From assembly GCA_022394755.1 (NCBI GenBank), contig JAGFCA010000028.1:3237-67236 (forward strand): a DNA stretch of 64,000 nt, written 5' to 3'. The stretch comes from Candidatus Poribacteria bacterium (GTDB lineage Bacteria > Poribacteria > WGA-4E > WGA-3G). The translations under genes were made by a program, and so were the position numbers. The notes beneath the pieces were generated by a model, which saw only the letters and a list, made by a program, of their open reading frames with translations, had not been told where the DNA came from and made no database searches. Shown here piece by piece: positions 39,275-50,149 of this stretch (positions are counted from its first letter, which is position 1; every line of letters starts with the position of its first letter).

Positions 39275-41944
39275 GTGACAAAAATTGAAACACCGCGTCC
39301 AGAATATCCAAGACCCGATTTTCAACGAGGCACCTCCGAAGGAATTGATTGGATAAACCTAAACGGCACATGGGAATTTGCTTTTGACCCAAATGATATC
39401 GGTAATAAAGAAGAATGGTTTTTACCCAATGGGAATAATTTTCCACTGCAAATACAGGTCCCGTACCCATGGGAAAGCCTTGCAGCGTGGGGAGAAGAAG
39501 ACCAAGCAAATAGCGAGAATTACCTTAGCACAAATGCTTATCTTACACCTGAAGAAGTTACCTGTGGTGGTCTAAGCCGCGAAGGAAATTATCGTGGTGA
39601 ACCACGACATACTATTGGGTGGTACCGAAGGTCTGTTTCTGTTCCTGAGAATTGGAACGACAAACGTGTAATTTTGAAATTCTGTGCTGTTGACTGGGAA
39701 ACAACAGTGTGGGTGAATGGTAAAGTCATTGGTAGCAATGAAAACGGTTACCTTCCCTTTGAATTTGATATAACAGATGCACTTACCCTCGGTAAACCAG
39801 CAGATATTGTTGTCCGTGCGTATGATGCACAAGACCACAGTGAACAACTTGCTGGAAAACAGATTGGTTGGTATACCCGTACCAGTGGCATTTGGCAGCC
39901 TGTTATTCTGGAACCCAGAAACGAAACATATATAAATCAATGCCACATAACTCCCGATATTGACAACAGCACTGCAGCTTTTGATGTTACGGTAGATGGT
40001 AATATCGCATCTGGCACCGAAATACATTGGGAATGTGAGGATATGTCAGGGAAGGTTGATGCTGCAGATAAGACAGAATTCACCGTCAATATCCCATCAG
40101 AAAAACTCAGACTCTGGGATGTAGATACACCTAACCTATACAATGTGACACTCAAGTTGGTATCTGGTGAATCTGTCATTGATAGAATTTACACATATTT
40201 CGGAATGCGAAAAGTTTCTATTGAGAAGGCACCGGGTGGTGATTATAATTATATCTACCTAAACAACCGTCCAATATATCTTTTAGGTGCATTAAATCAA
40301 TCATTTACACCTGACGGGGTTTATACCTTTCTGACAGATGAGGCTATCCGAACCGATATTGAACGCGCTAAAGAATTTGGTTTTAACTTTCTACGGCTTC
40401 ATATCAAAATTGATGAACCGCGACTCTACTACTGGGCAGACAAATTGGGTATGCTCTTTATGTGCGATATTCCCAACTTCGGTAACTATACCGAAGTGGC
40501 AAAAAGTAGATTAGAAACTGCACTTCGGGGAAACATTGCACGCGATTTCAACCACCCGTCCATAATCTCCTGGTGCGTTTTCAACGAAACATGGGGACTC
40601 GGTGGCGGAGAATTCAAAGAACTAAAAGATCGTCAAGAATGGGTAAGAGAGATGTATCACTTAGCAAAATCAATTGATCCTACTCGTCTTATTGAAGATA
40701 ACTCTCCCTGCCTTTATGACCACGTTGAAACGGACATCAACTCTTGGCATTTCTATATAAACGATTACAAACACGCGAAAGATCATATTGCAAATGTCGT
40801 GGAACAGACATATCCCGGTTCAAAATTTAATTACGCAGGGGATAATGCACAAACAGATGCCCCTTTAATTAATAGCGAATATGGCGGTATTAGCGCTGGG
40901 GCAGGTGATAAAGATGTCGCTTGGTGCTTTAAGTATCTGACAAACGAGTTACGCCTACATCCGAAAATCTGTGGATACATCTATACCGAATTGCAGGATA
41001 TTGAATGGGAACACAACGGTTTCATGAACTATGACCGTTCTGTAAAGGAATTTGGATACGATTACAACGACATCAACACGCTTGATTTTATTGCTATTGA
41101 CTATCCACCCGGGACAGTCGTTGCTCCTGGTGACATCGTACAAGCCGATATCTATGCCAGTCACTACTCAGACAAAACGATTAACGGCACTACGCTCCAT
41201 TGGCAACTGGATACTCTTGAGCAGAACGGTGATTTAACGCGTAGACGGGTAAGTGGCAGTGTTGGTATTCCTTTTCCGCAGTATCAAGTAGAACAGGTAC
41301 ACCAACTTGAAATTACCATACCAGAAGTTAACTCGTCTGTTGGTACGCTCCATGTATGGGTATCTGATGATAGTGGTGCAGTAGTTGCCCGAAATTACAT
41401 CAATTTTGAAATCTATCTGGAAGACAGTTCTGGTCTCACCTCACTTTCGCATCTTCCAGGGGACATCTCTACCAGTAAATGGGATGCCGGTTCCGAAATA
41501 ACCGAACAACGTCTTACTGCACAAGGTGCAGGTTACGTTGAATACCAGGTGTCTCTCCCTGATGATGTAATCCGTGAAGAGATTACCAAGATGGAACTTG
41601 TCTTTGAGGCATCTTCATCAAACGGGGGTTCACGACAAACTGAACCTGAAAAATATCCATCGGATGTTACAATTTCTGTAAATGGTACTGAGGTAGAAAC
41701 CATAACACTCCCTGATTGTCCTGCAGATGCACGTGGTGTCCTCACTTATATCCACGAAAACCTTGGCAACTACGGTTACCTGTATCGGATACCATTAGAT
41801 CAGGAAACATGTCTGAATGGTGTCACAGATACACTTACGGTACGTTATGAAGTCAAAGGTAATGCCGAAAACAGAGGTGGACTCACTCTCTACGGTAACC
41901 GCCGTGGAAGATATCCGACCCCACCACACATTGTTATTTCATAA
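39275..41944 (+). CDS. Glycoside hydrolase family 2 (beta-galactosidase/beta-mannosidase/glucuronidase-like)
   Basis: GH2 sugar-binding and TIM-barrel motifs: NHPSIISWCVFNE (acid/base region) and WHFY. Length of 889 aa. Apparent GTG start. Confidence 0.8.
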   Translation: MTKIETPRPEYPRPDFQRGTSEGIDWINLNGTWEFAFDPNDIGNKEEWFLPNGNNFPLQIQVPYPWESLAAWGEEDQANSENYLSTNAYLTPEEVTCGGLSREGNYRGEPRHTIGWYRRSVSVPENWNDKRVILKFCAVDWETTVWVNGKVIGSNENGYLPFEFDITDALTLGKPADIVVRAYDAQDHSEQLAGKQIGWYTRTSGIWQPVILEPRNETYINQCHITPDIDNSTAAFDVTVDGNIASGTEIHWECEDMSGKVDAADKTEFTVNIPSEKLRLWDVDTPNLYNVTLKLVSGESVIDRIYTYFGMRKVSIEKAPGGDYNYIYLNNRPIYLLGALNQSFTPDGVYTFLTDEAIRTDIERAKEFGFNFLRLHIKIDEPRLYYWADKLGMLFMCDIPNFGNYTEVAKSRLETALRGNIARDFNHPSIISWCVFNETWGLGGGEFKELKDRQEWVREMYHLAKSIDPTRLIEDNSPCLYDHVETDINSWHFYINDYKHAKDHIANVVEQTYPGSKFNYAGDNAQTDAPLINSEYGGISAGAGDKDVAWCFKYLTNELRLHPKICGYIYTELQDIEWEHNGFMNYDRSVKEFGYDYNDINTLDFIAIDYPPGTVVAPGDIVQADIYASHYSDKTINGTTLHWQLDTLEQNGDLTRRRVSGSVGIPFPQYQVEQVHQLEITIPEVNSSVGTLHVWVSDDSGAVVARNYINFEIYLEDSSGLTSLSHLPGDISTSKWDAGSEITEQRLTAQGAGYVEYQVSLPDDVIREEITKMELVFEASSSNGGSRQTEPEKYPSDVTISVNGTEVETITLPDCPADARGVLTYIHENLGNYGYLYRIPLDQETCLNGVTDTLTVRYEVKGNAENRGGLTLYGNRRGRYPTPPHIVIS

Positions 41945-41960
41945 TAGGAGGAATAGTTGA

Positions 41961-43040
41961 ATGTCAACACCGCAATTCTTATTTACTCGTAACCCTGGTT
42001 TAGAACGTTCATGGCCCTTCGTCCACGAACAGATGGTAAAACGTCTGGAAAACTTAGGCGTAACCCTCGTCCTCAACACAACCAGCCAAGATCCTATCCA
42101 TCAACAGGTGGATCTCAGCGAAGTTATCGGAATTTCACAATGGGGTGGCCGCCTCACTGATGAGTGTATAGATAACGCACCAAAACTCAAGGTCGTCGGT
42201 ACAATGACAGATAACACAGGACACGGTATCCCGTATGCAAAATGTCAAAGTCGTGGTATACCGGTGATTGAATCCACACGAGCTTGGTCACAATCTGTAG
42301 CTGAGTGTGCATTCGGTCTTGCATTGTCTTCGTTACGCCGTACAGCACAATGGCATATGAAGATGGCTACCGGTGAAAAACTGTGGGATTGGGAGAACCC
42401 TATTTGGGGACCTCAAAAATTACCCGTTGCACATCAATACTGTGATGATCCTGATTTTGTCAACGGGGATCTGGGTACCAAGCAGATCGGTGTTATCGGT
42501 CTTGGACAAATTGGTGGAAAGATAGCGAAATGGTGTAGTGTATTCGGCGCAACCGTTATGGGTTTTGACCCGTACGTACCAGATGAACTTCTTGCTGAAT
42601 GGGATGTAGAACGTGCTGATATGGACACACTGGCTGATAGAGCAGATATTGTTTTTGTTTCTGTCCCTCCAACACCATCCGCTCGCCATCTACTAAACCG
42701 TGAACGTATTGAACGTCTACGTAAGGGTGCGTTAGTTGTTATTATTACACGTGCACATGCTGTTGATATGGAAGCTTTGCGTGAACGGATTGTAAAAGAC
42801 GAACTCGCTGGTGCGTTTGATGTTTATGATAGGGAGCCAGTACCAATTGATGACGAACTTCGGAACCGGGATAACGTCGTTCATACACCACATATCGCAG
42901 GTAGGACTGAGGATTCGAATTTACGTGTTGCTGATATGATTGTTGACGATTTTGAACGTGTACTAAAGGGAGAAAAACCTCTTGGTGCGTTAACACTAGA
43001 GGCAATTAAGGTTCGTACGGCTGATAATCCGAATGAGTAA
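41961..43040 (+). CDS. D-isomer-specific 2-hydroxyacid dehydrogenase (NAD-binding)
   Basis: Rossmann motif GVIGLGQIGGKIA. Catalytic R..E..H region VHTPHIAGRT. AGGAGG ribosome-binding site. Confidence 0.85.
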   Translation: MSTPQFLFTRNPGLERSWPFVHEQMVKRLENLGVTLVLNTTSQDPIHQQVDLSEVIGISQWGGRLTDECIDNAPKLKVVGTMTDNTGHGIPYAKCQSRGIPVIESTRAWSQSVAECAFGLALSSLRRTAQWHMKMATGEKLWDWENPIWGPQKLPVAHQYCDDPDFVNGDLGTKQIGVIGLGQIGGKIAKWCSVFGATVMGFDPYVPDELLAEWDVERADMDTLADRADIVFVSVPPTPSARHLLNRERIERLRKGALVVIITRAHAVDMEALRERIVKDELAGAFDVYDREPVPIDDELRNRDNVVHTPHIAGRTEDSNLRVADMIVDDFERVLKGEKPLGALTLEAIKVRTADNPNE

Positions 43041-43435
43041 GGTTGATTGTATAGTAGTAGGCATGCTCCGTGTGCTGTAAACCCGTTGTATGGAATGCGG
43101 ATGGAGTGTGTCTATGATGTTTTATGAAACGGAAAATAGCGGTTACGGATTTTTTACCTGTTTATGACAAGTAATACAAAGTATGTCATACCTTCTAAAA
43201 AGTGTATGAACAAACCGTGGGATACAAATGGCAAGACACCTTTACAACCACAAATGTTTTAATATAGGAAAGACAACAAAATTATCCGTTTGTAAACAGT
43301 TAATTATCGTTTGTGGTTGATGTTGTAGTATTTTAAATGTATAATAAGACTTACGGAATGTCTATTAAAACAAAATTAATCTTCATATTATACCCCTTCA
43401 TATAATATAGTGTCTTTTATAAAAAGGTTAGTGTT

Positions 43436-44533
43436 ATGAATGCATTGTCAAAAGATAATAAATCCGTAGTTATTTCTGCTGTGGATCTATTTTGTGGTGT
43501 TGGCGGTCTGACTTATGGTCTCCACAAATCAGGTATAAACGTAGCTGCTGGAATAGATGTTGACCCAACGTGCCGGTATGCATACAACAAAAATAATGAA
43601 GCTGAGTTTATTGAACAAGACATTCGTGAAATAACAGCTGATGATCTTAACGATTTCTATCCAGAAGGTCATCTCAAATTACTCGCTGGATGTGCCCCAT
43701 GCCAACCATTTTCATCTCTACCTAAGAATAGAAGACAACCTGCACAAAATGATGAAAAATGGAACTTACTATCTGAATTTGGGAGACTGGTTGAAGAAGT
43801 TGTACCTGAACTTATCACATTTGAAAATGTTCCGCCAATTCGGCATCAGAACATATATTTAGAGTTTCTTGATAAATTGAAGTCTCTTGGTTATAAATTT
43901 GATTCCGATATAGTTTACTGTCCCAATTATGGAGTTCCACAGATACGGCGTCGGCTTGTTGTTATAGCCTCTATCTTGGGGAAAATCGATCCTCTTTGTG
44001 AAACACATTCACCGTATGGTCACAATGGTTTAGAACCTTATTCAACCGTTAGAGATACAATAGGGAATCTCCCTAATATTGCTGCGGGGGAAAAGTGCGA
44101 AACTGATAAGTTACATGTATCACCAAGACTCTTAGATAAGAATATTGAACGAATTAAACAATCAAAACAAGGTGGAACATGGGACGATTGGCATAAGGAC
44201 CTACTTGCACCATGTCATAAAAAAGCGTCCGGACAAACTTATAAGTCTGTTTATGGACGTATGAAATGGGATGAACCTTCACCTACGATAACAACACAAT
44301 TTCATAATTATGGTAGCGGTCGTTTTGGGCATCCTGAACAGAATCGAGCCCTTTCAATTCGAGAAGGAGCTCTTTTGCAGACATTCCCGAAAGATTACGA
44401 ATTCGTTGATCACGATCATCCCGTTCAGATTCTCCAATTAGGAAAACATATTGGAAACGCTGTCCCTGTGAAACTTGCAACTACCATCGGCTATCATATA
44501 CAAGATCATGTAAAGGATTATTATCATGATTGA
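43436..44533 (+). CDS. DNA (cytosine-5)-methyltransferase (Dcm family)
   Basis: Motif I DLFCGVGGL. Motif IV GCAPCQPFS. Motif VI ENV. Motif VIII QIRRRLV. C-terminal motif X GNAVPV. Confidence 0.9.
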   Translation: MNALSKDNKSVVISAVDLFCGVGGLTYGLHKSGINVAAGIDVDPTCRYAYNKNNEAEFIEQDIREITADDLNDFYPEGHLKLLAGCAPCQPFSSLPKNRRQPAQNDEKWNLLSEFGRLVEEVVPELITFENVPPIRHQNIYLEFLDKLKSLGYKFDSDIVYCPNYGVPQIRRRLVVIASILGKIDPLCETHSPYGHNGLEPYSTVRDTIGNLPNIAAGEKCETDKLHVSPRLLDKNIERIKQSKQGGTWDDWHKDLLAPCHKKASGQTYKSVYGRMKWDEPSPTITTQFHNYGSGRFGHPEQNRALSIREGALLQTFPKDYEFVDHDHPVQILQLGKHIGNAVPVKLATTIGYHIQDHVKDYYHD

Positions 44534-46517
44534 AGAAAAATATGAAATGAGTATTACCCTTAATGTCTTGAACCACCTCGGGATCAATCTTTACAGTAAT
44601 GTTCCTGCCGTTCTGTCTGAAGTTGTCGCTAATTCTTGGGATGCAGATGCATCAGTCGTTAACATTAAGATTGAACCTAAGTCAATTACCATTACAGATG
44701 ACGGTCATGGCATGGATGAAGTGGATATAAATAAAAAGTATCTCAACGTTGGATACAAGAAACGTGATGATACTAAAGTAACTGCTAAATTCAATCGTCC
44801 AGTAATGGGGAGAAAAGGTATAGGTAAACTCTCGCTCTTCTCTATTGCAGATACTATTGAAATACATACCGTGAAATCAGGAAATAAGTACGGATTTCGG
44901 ATGTCTGCCAAAGATATTGAAAACCTGACAGAACAGAATAATAGAAATAAAGAGAATAAATCATACTATCCGGAATCTTTGGATGACACTCATATAACTT
45001 TAGACGATAATGGAACTAAAATTGTTTTAACAAATATAAAAAAACGTACTTCAAATCTTGAATCCTATTTGCGTAAACGAATAGCACGCAGATTTAGTAT
45101 TATCGGGGACGAATATACCTTTTCAGTTAATATAAACGGTGAACCAATACAGATCACAGATAGGGACTATTTTCATAAAATGCGGTATTTATGGTACTTT
45201 GGAGATAAAAGTGAAGAATATATTGATTTATGCCAATTAGAAAAGGATGAATTCGCTGAGAAAATAGATGGAGCAATTGATATAGAGGGGGATACTCAAC
45301 ACTCAGTAACAGGTTGGATTGGAACCGTGCAGAAATCTGGGGATCTTACAGACAAAGAAGGGGATGAAAATCTTAATAAAATAGTGATTATGGTTCGTGG
45401 AAAACTTGCACAAGAAGATATCCTTGAAGACTTTAGGGAAGGCGGTCTTTATACAAAATACCTAATCGGTGAAATTCATGCAGATTTCCTTGACCAGAAT
45501 AATGAACCTGATATTGCAACCAGCAACCGGCAAGAAATCATCAAAGATGACCCTCGATATTTAGCTCTTCGAGATAGGGTTAATAGTGCATTAAAAATAA
45601 TTGAAAAAAAATGGTTGGCGCGTCAAAAGAAAAAAGGAGTAATTGACGCAAGAAAGATACCCGCAATCGATAAATGGTTGGATACCATGAGAGGTGACAA
45701 GAAGGAGAATGCGGAAGCTATTTTAGGTAAAATTGGTCAACTTGAATTAGACGATCATCAGCGGGTTGATCTATATAAGCATTGTGTTCTGGCTTTCGAA
45801 AATCTAATGTATAGAGAAAGGCTTTCAATGCTTGAAAACTTGACTCCTGAAAATTCTGCTGAGATAACCAAGATATTCGCTGAACATGCGGACGTTGAAG
45901 CTTCACACTATTATAAGATAGTTAATGAGCGACTCCATGTAATTGAAGTCTTTAGTAAACATGTTGAGGACAATGTTCTTGAAAAAGTAATACAAGAATA
46001 TCTTCCAAAACATTTCTGGTTACTTGATCCTTCATGGGAAAGAGCCAGTGATCATATGTATATAGAGCAAAATGTTACGACTGCATTTGATGTAATTAGT
46101 GAAAAGTTAACCGATGAAGAGCGTAAAGGACGAATTGACATCAGATATAAAAAAATGGCAGGACAAAACGTCATTATAGAGTTGAAGCGTCCGGGTGTTA
46201 AAATTAGTGAATCTGCATTATGGGAACAAGTTAGTAAATATAGAACTGCTTTGGAAAAACAACTTAATTTGATAGGTGCTGGTGATGATCCTATTGAAAT
46301 ACTCTGTGTTGTTGGTGAAGAACTCACAGATTGGACGACCACACAAAATCGCCAAATGTCAAAGGATAGTCTTGATAGGAAAAATACGCGTGTCTTACTT
46401 TATAGGGAACTCATTCAAGAAGCATATCAGAGTTATAAAGAATTTTTAGAAAAGAAAGAAGACGTTGGAAGAATATGTGAACTTATCAAAAATATTGATA
46501 TTGAATTTAGCACATAG
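44526..46517 (+). CDS. GHKL (HATPase_c_3 / MORC-MutL-like) ATPase with C-terminal PD-(D/E)xK nuclease-fold domain; candidate restriction/defence component
   Basis: Bergerat-fold boxes: N-box EVVANSWDADAS, G1 TITDDGHGMD and G2 GRKGIGKLS. C-terminal RIDIRY...IIELKRP (D...ExK) motif. The start overlaps the MTase stop by 8 nt. Confidence 0.75.
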   Translation: MIEEKYEMSITLNVLNHLGINLYSNVPAVLSEVVANSWDADASVVNIKIEPKSITITDDGHGMDEVDINKKYLNVGYKKRDDTKVTAKFNRPVMGRKGIGKLSLFSIADTIEIHTVKSGNKYGFRMSAKDIENLTEQNNRNKENKSYYPESLDDTHITLDDNGTKIVLTNIKKRTSNLESYLRKRIARRFSIIGDEYTFSVNINGEPIQITDRDYFHKMRYLWYFGDKSEEYIDLCQLEKDEFAEKIDGAIDIEGDTQHSVTGWIGTVQKSGDLTDKEGDENLNKIVIMVRGKLAQEDILEDFREGGLYTKYLIGEIHADFLDQNNEPDIATSNRQEIIKDDPRYLALRDRVNSALKIIEKKWLARQKKKGVIDARKIPAIDKWLDTMRGDKKENAEAILGKIGQLELDDHQRVDLYKHCVLAFENLMYRERLSMLENLTPENSAEITKIFAEHADVEASHYYKIVNERLHVIEVFSKHVEDNVLEKVIQEYLPKHFWLLDPSWERASDHMYIEQNVTTAFDVISEKLTDEERKGRIDIRYKKMAGQNVIIELKRPGVKISESALWEQVSKYRTALEKQLNLIGAGDDPIEILCVVGEELTDWTTTQNRQMSKDSLDRKNTRVLLYRELIQEAYQSYKEFLEKKEDVGRICELIKNIDIEFST

Positions 46518-46936
46518 AACATGATGTTAGGAGTGGTAAATTATTTGATATTTTCAATAAAAAAGACAATCCTTTATTGATTTAAATGTATAAAATTAGA
46601 GGTTCATGTAGAGAATAAGTGCTAATAGAAAACAAGAATACCCATGTCCATTGACTTCGCTGAAAATGTTCGCACTCAATTCATACATGAGCGAATTAGA
46701 ATATTAACAATGAAAAGAAATCAGTAAGTTTGTAAAGACAGTTTGAGACAGTTATAAACCTTGTTCACTTTGAAATATGGATATTAAGTGACATTGGAAG
46801 GACAAGAATTCGGCTAATGTTTATAACAAAATATATGCAATCCGACCCGTAAGAGATATAATCGGAAACCCAGAATATCAGACAGTTTTGCAAAAGTGTA
46901 ATTATATCAAAGAGTGAGGCTGTTGAATGTTTATAT

Positions 46937-48184
46937 TTACTTGGAATCCTCTGCATAAGGCACAAGCACATCATCCACCGAACGCGTATTGGGAAACCAT
47001 CCAACTATCTTACGCAACACCTCATCAAGGAGGATATCTGGACAAGACGCACCCGCAGTCAAAACAATGTCGACAGGAAGTCTATTCGGTTTTTCAGTTA
47101 GCAGCCAATCCTCCGTCAACTGAACCTTTTTTGTTTCAAGACTCAGATGGCGAATCTGTACTGGACTGATTAACTCATCAGCGTCTCGTACAAAGTAGGT
47201 TGGAAGTTTATGTTCGCACAGTTCCACCAGATGACTCGTATTCGAGGAATTATATCCACCTACTACAACTGCTACATCTCCACCTTCAGCAATCAACGCT
47301 AACGTTGCATCTTGATTCTCTTTTGTTGCGTAGCACAATGTATCCTTTGTATCAGCAAAATGTTCTGCCAGATTAGCTTCACCATAACGTAGGACAATAG
47401 CTTTTCGTAATAAATCTGCAATCGCCTGTGTTTCAGTAGCAAGCATCGTTGTTTGATTAACAACACCGACCCGTTTTAGATGTAAATCTGGATGGAAACC
47501 TTCCGAATATCGGTCAGCAAACTTTGCAAAGAAAAAATCAGCATCTGCTTCTCCGCTAATTACTTTCGCAAGGTTTTCTGCTTCAGCAAGATCACGAACA
47601 ACAACAACAGGAGCTTCTGATTGAGCATGTGAAAAAGTGGCACGGGTCTCTTCATGGTATCGCTTACCATGAACAACAACCGTATAATCTTGCTTACCGA
47701 TTTCTTGACTACGTTTCCACACCTTTTCAACGAATGGACATGTAGTATTATAGGACGAGAGGGTAACACCGCGATTGTTGAGTTCTTCCTCAACCTCTAA
47801 CGTTGTCCCAAAGGCAGGTACAATTACGACATCGTCAGGGATTAACACATCAAACGGTAGTAACGGGTTTCCCTCTGTATCAGAGAGAAATTGTACACCG
47901 TGATGTCGTAAATTGTCGTTAACACGAGGATTATGAATTATTTCAGAGAGAAGGAATATTCGTTTATCAGGATTCTCTTCAAGGGCACGATAAGCAATCT
48001 CTACAGCGTTTTCGACTCCATAACAGAATCCGAAGTGGCGTGCAATCTTAAAACGAACAGGTCCAAAATCTAAAACGGAGGGGGATAGATCCCGTTTACG
48101 GGCATCCATATTTCGCCGTGATGCCTTAACGGTCGATATGATTGGACTTTCATAAAAACGAGGTATGTTAAATGTACGAGGCAT
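46937..48184 (-). CDS. ispH: 4-hydroxy-3-methylbut-2-enyl diphosphate reductase (long cyanobacterial/plant-type form)
   Basis: HFGFCYGVENAV (Cys1 region), conserved His in the catalytic site, and the C-terminal Cys region SSNTSHL. The N-terminal extension may start internally at MDARKRDL. Confidence 0.85.
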   Translation of the reverse strand: MPRTFNIPRFYESPIISTVKASRRNMDARKRDLSPSVLDFGPVRFKIARHFGFCYGVENAVEIAYRALEENPDKRIFLLSEIIHNPRVNDNLRHHGVQFLSDTEGNPLLPFDVLIPDDVVIVPAFGTTLEVEEELNNRGVTLSSYNTTCPFVEKVWKRSQEIGKQDYTVVVHGKRYHEETRATFSHAQSEAPVVVVRDLAEAENLAKVISGEADADFFFAKFADRYSEGFHPDLHLKRVGVVNQTTMLATETQAIADLLRKAIVLRYGEANLAEHFADTKDTLCYATKENQDATLALIAEGGDVAVVVGGYNSSNTSHLVELCEHKLPTYFVRDADELISPVQIRHLSLETKKVQLTEDWLLTEKPNRLPVDIVLTAGASCPDILLDEVLRKIVGWFPNTRSVDDVLVPYAEDSK

Positions 48185-48202
48185 CTTTGTTCCGAAGCAG
48201 CT

Positions 48203-48337
48203 TTAGGCACTTAGGACTCTTCTACCTTTAGCGCGTCTGCGGGCAATGGTTTTTCTTCCATGCCGAGTAGACATACGTTTTCTAAATCCGAGTTTATTTT
48301 TTCGTTTCCGCCTATGCGGTTGATAGGTACGTTTCAT
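48203..48337 (-). CDS. rpmH: 50S ribosomal protein L34
   Basis: Manual translation gives [44 protein letters not shown] (44 aa). It is too short for the ORF track. It lies divergent from dnaA. Confidence 0.9.
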   Translation of the reverse strand: MKRTYQPHRRKRKNKLGFRKRMSTRHGRKTIARRRAKGRRVLSA

Positions 48338-48813
48338 TACTCTTATCCTTTCTATTGCTTAACTTTTTGGCACCGCATGGAATATTGATTTAACGCAATC
48401 AGCAACAATAAGGATACCCAATTTTTCTCATTTTGTCAAATTATTCTGTTTAGAGAATCGTTATCAATTCCGTAAAAGCAACGTTAGTTATAATGATTTG
48501 TATAAAAACTATAAGATTTAAGCATGCGAGCACACCCATTTAGAATGTAATTATCAAACCAAAACAGACCATAATTTTACTTTTTTAAACAAAATTGTGG
48601 AAAGGATTCAGTTAGAATCCCGCTTAATTCCTACTACAAAATTTCTGAAAAAATAGGGCGTAAAAAGACCTTATTTTTTAATAAAAAATTACGCTGTTTT
48701 AATTTGATAATTAAATTTAATTCTGTATAATTCACGTTCGCGTCGTTAAGATTTGATTGGAAATATCCCAACTAATTACAGCTGTAATATTATAAATAAA
48801 TAGGAATATTCTC

Positions 48814-50148
48814 ATGAATCAGAACCCTGATAAACTCTGGTTAGATATCTTAGAGGATCTTGACGATTCTGCTGACGATGATGTCTATTTACGTCAAGCA
48901 AGACCTCATACTCTCACCGAAGATTCCTTCATCATAGCTGTTCCTTCTACATACACACAGGCTGAAATTGAGAATAGATATCTCAAGAATATTGATAAAT
49001 CATTAGCTGATCGAATGGGTGTAGACTGTACATTAAAATTTACCGTTGAACCACCACTTGAAAGTGAGACGGCATCCGAAGAACCAAAACCGCCTTCTCA
49101 AAACGGATCTTCTGAATCTGCCAGTTTAAATCCAAACTACGTTTTCGACAATTTTATTGTTGGGCAAAGCAATCGTATATGTCATGCAACTGCGTATTCA
49201 GTTTCAGATGACCCGGGCGCGGAGTATAACCCACTTTTTATTTATGGTGGTGTTGGACTTGGCAAAACACATTTATTACATGCTATTGGCAACAGAGTAC
49301 AGGAAAAAATACATGATTGTAAAGTTCTTTACGTCACCTCTGAGACCTTTATGAACGAGTATATTGAATCTATTGTCAAACGCACTTCAGCACAAGATTT
49401 CCGGAACAAATATCGTAAAACCGATCTACTATTAATTGATGACATTCAGTTCTTACAACGCAAAGAAGGTACACAAGAGGAATTTTTTAATACTTTCAAC
49501 GATCTGTATTTAAACTCAGGGCAAATCGTTTTGTCAAGTGACCGTTCACCAAGCATGCTTGAGAATCTTGAAGAGAGATTAAGCTCACGGTTTGAATGGG
49601 GTATGGTGGCGGAAATCGATAAGCCGAATTATGAGTTGAGACTGGCAATTCTACGAGGCAAATGTCAAGAACAAGGTCTGGATGATATTTCTGATGAAGT
49701 TCTAAATTATATAGCAGAAATCGTCACATCGAACATCCGTCAATTGGAAGGTACATTATTAAGCCTTAATACACGAGCGTCCTTTCTCGGTGAAAAGTTA
49801 GATCTCGATTTTGCACGCTCAGCACTAAACGATACATCAACTCGGAGCGGATCACGTCGTAAAGCAGTAACTGCTGCAGCTATACAACAAATGGTAGTAG
49901 ACCACTTTCACTTGGATAAGGATGACCTACTTTCTGCCAAACGGACTAAGGCTATAGCCTTCCCACGACAAGTCGCAATGTATTTATGCAGAGAACTCAC
50001 ACAACTTTCATTATTAGATATTGCTGAAGCATTTCATAGACAAAACCATACAACAGTAATACACGCATGCACACAAATAGAAAAATTAAGTTCTGAAGAT
50101 GAAGATACAAAAAAATTAGTAAATATGTTCATGGATGAGTTGACTTAA
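48814..50148 (+). CDS. dnaA: Chromosomal replication initiator DnaA
   Basis: AAA+ Walker A GGVGLGKTHLL. Sensor motifs and C-terminal DnaA-box-binding HTH (HTTVIHACTQIEK). Confidence 0.95.
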   Translation: MNQNPDKLWLDILEDLDDSADDDVYLRQARPHTLTEDSFIIAVPSTYTQAEIENRYLKNIDKSLADRMGVDCTLKFTVEPPLESETASEEPKPPSQNGSSESASLNPNYVFDNFIVGQSNRICHATAYSVSDDPGAEYNPLFIYGGVGLGKTHLLHAIGNRVQEKIHDCKVLYVTSETFMNEYIESIVKRTSAQDFRNKYRKTDLLLIDDIQFLQRKEGTQEEFFNTFNDLYLNSGQIVLSSDRSPSMLENLEERLSSRFEWGMVAEIDKPNYELRLAILRGKCQEQGLDDISDEVLNYIAEIVTSNIRQLEGTLLSLNTRASFLGEKLDLDFARSALNDTSTRSGSRRKAVTAAAIQQMVVDHFHLDKDDLLSAKRTKAIAFPRQVAMYLCRELTQLSLLDIAEAFHRQNHTTVIHACTQIEKLSSEDEDTKKLVNMFMDELT

Positions 50149-50149
50149 C

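Noticed and set aside
48338-48813. rpmH-dnaA intergenic region as primary oriC
   Set aside because: It contains only weak DnaA-box-like 9-mers with 2 or more mismatches. The clear box cluster and DUE are downstream of dnaA. I kept it as a possible secondary box region only.
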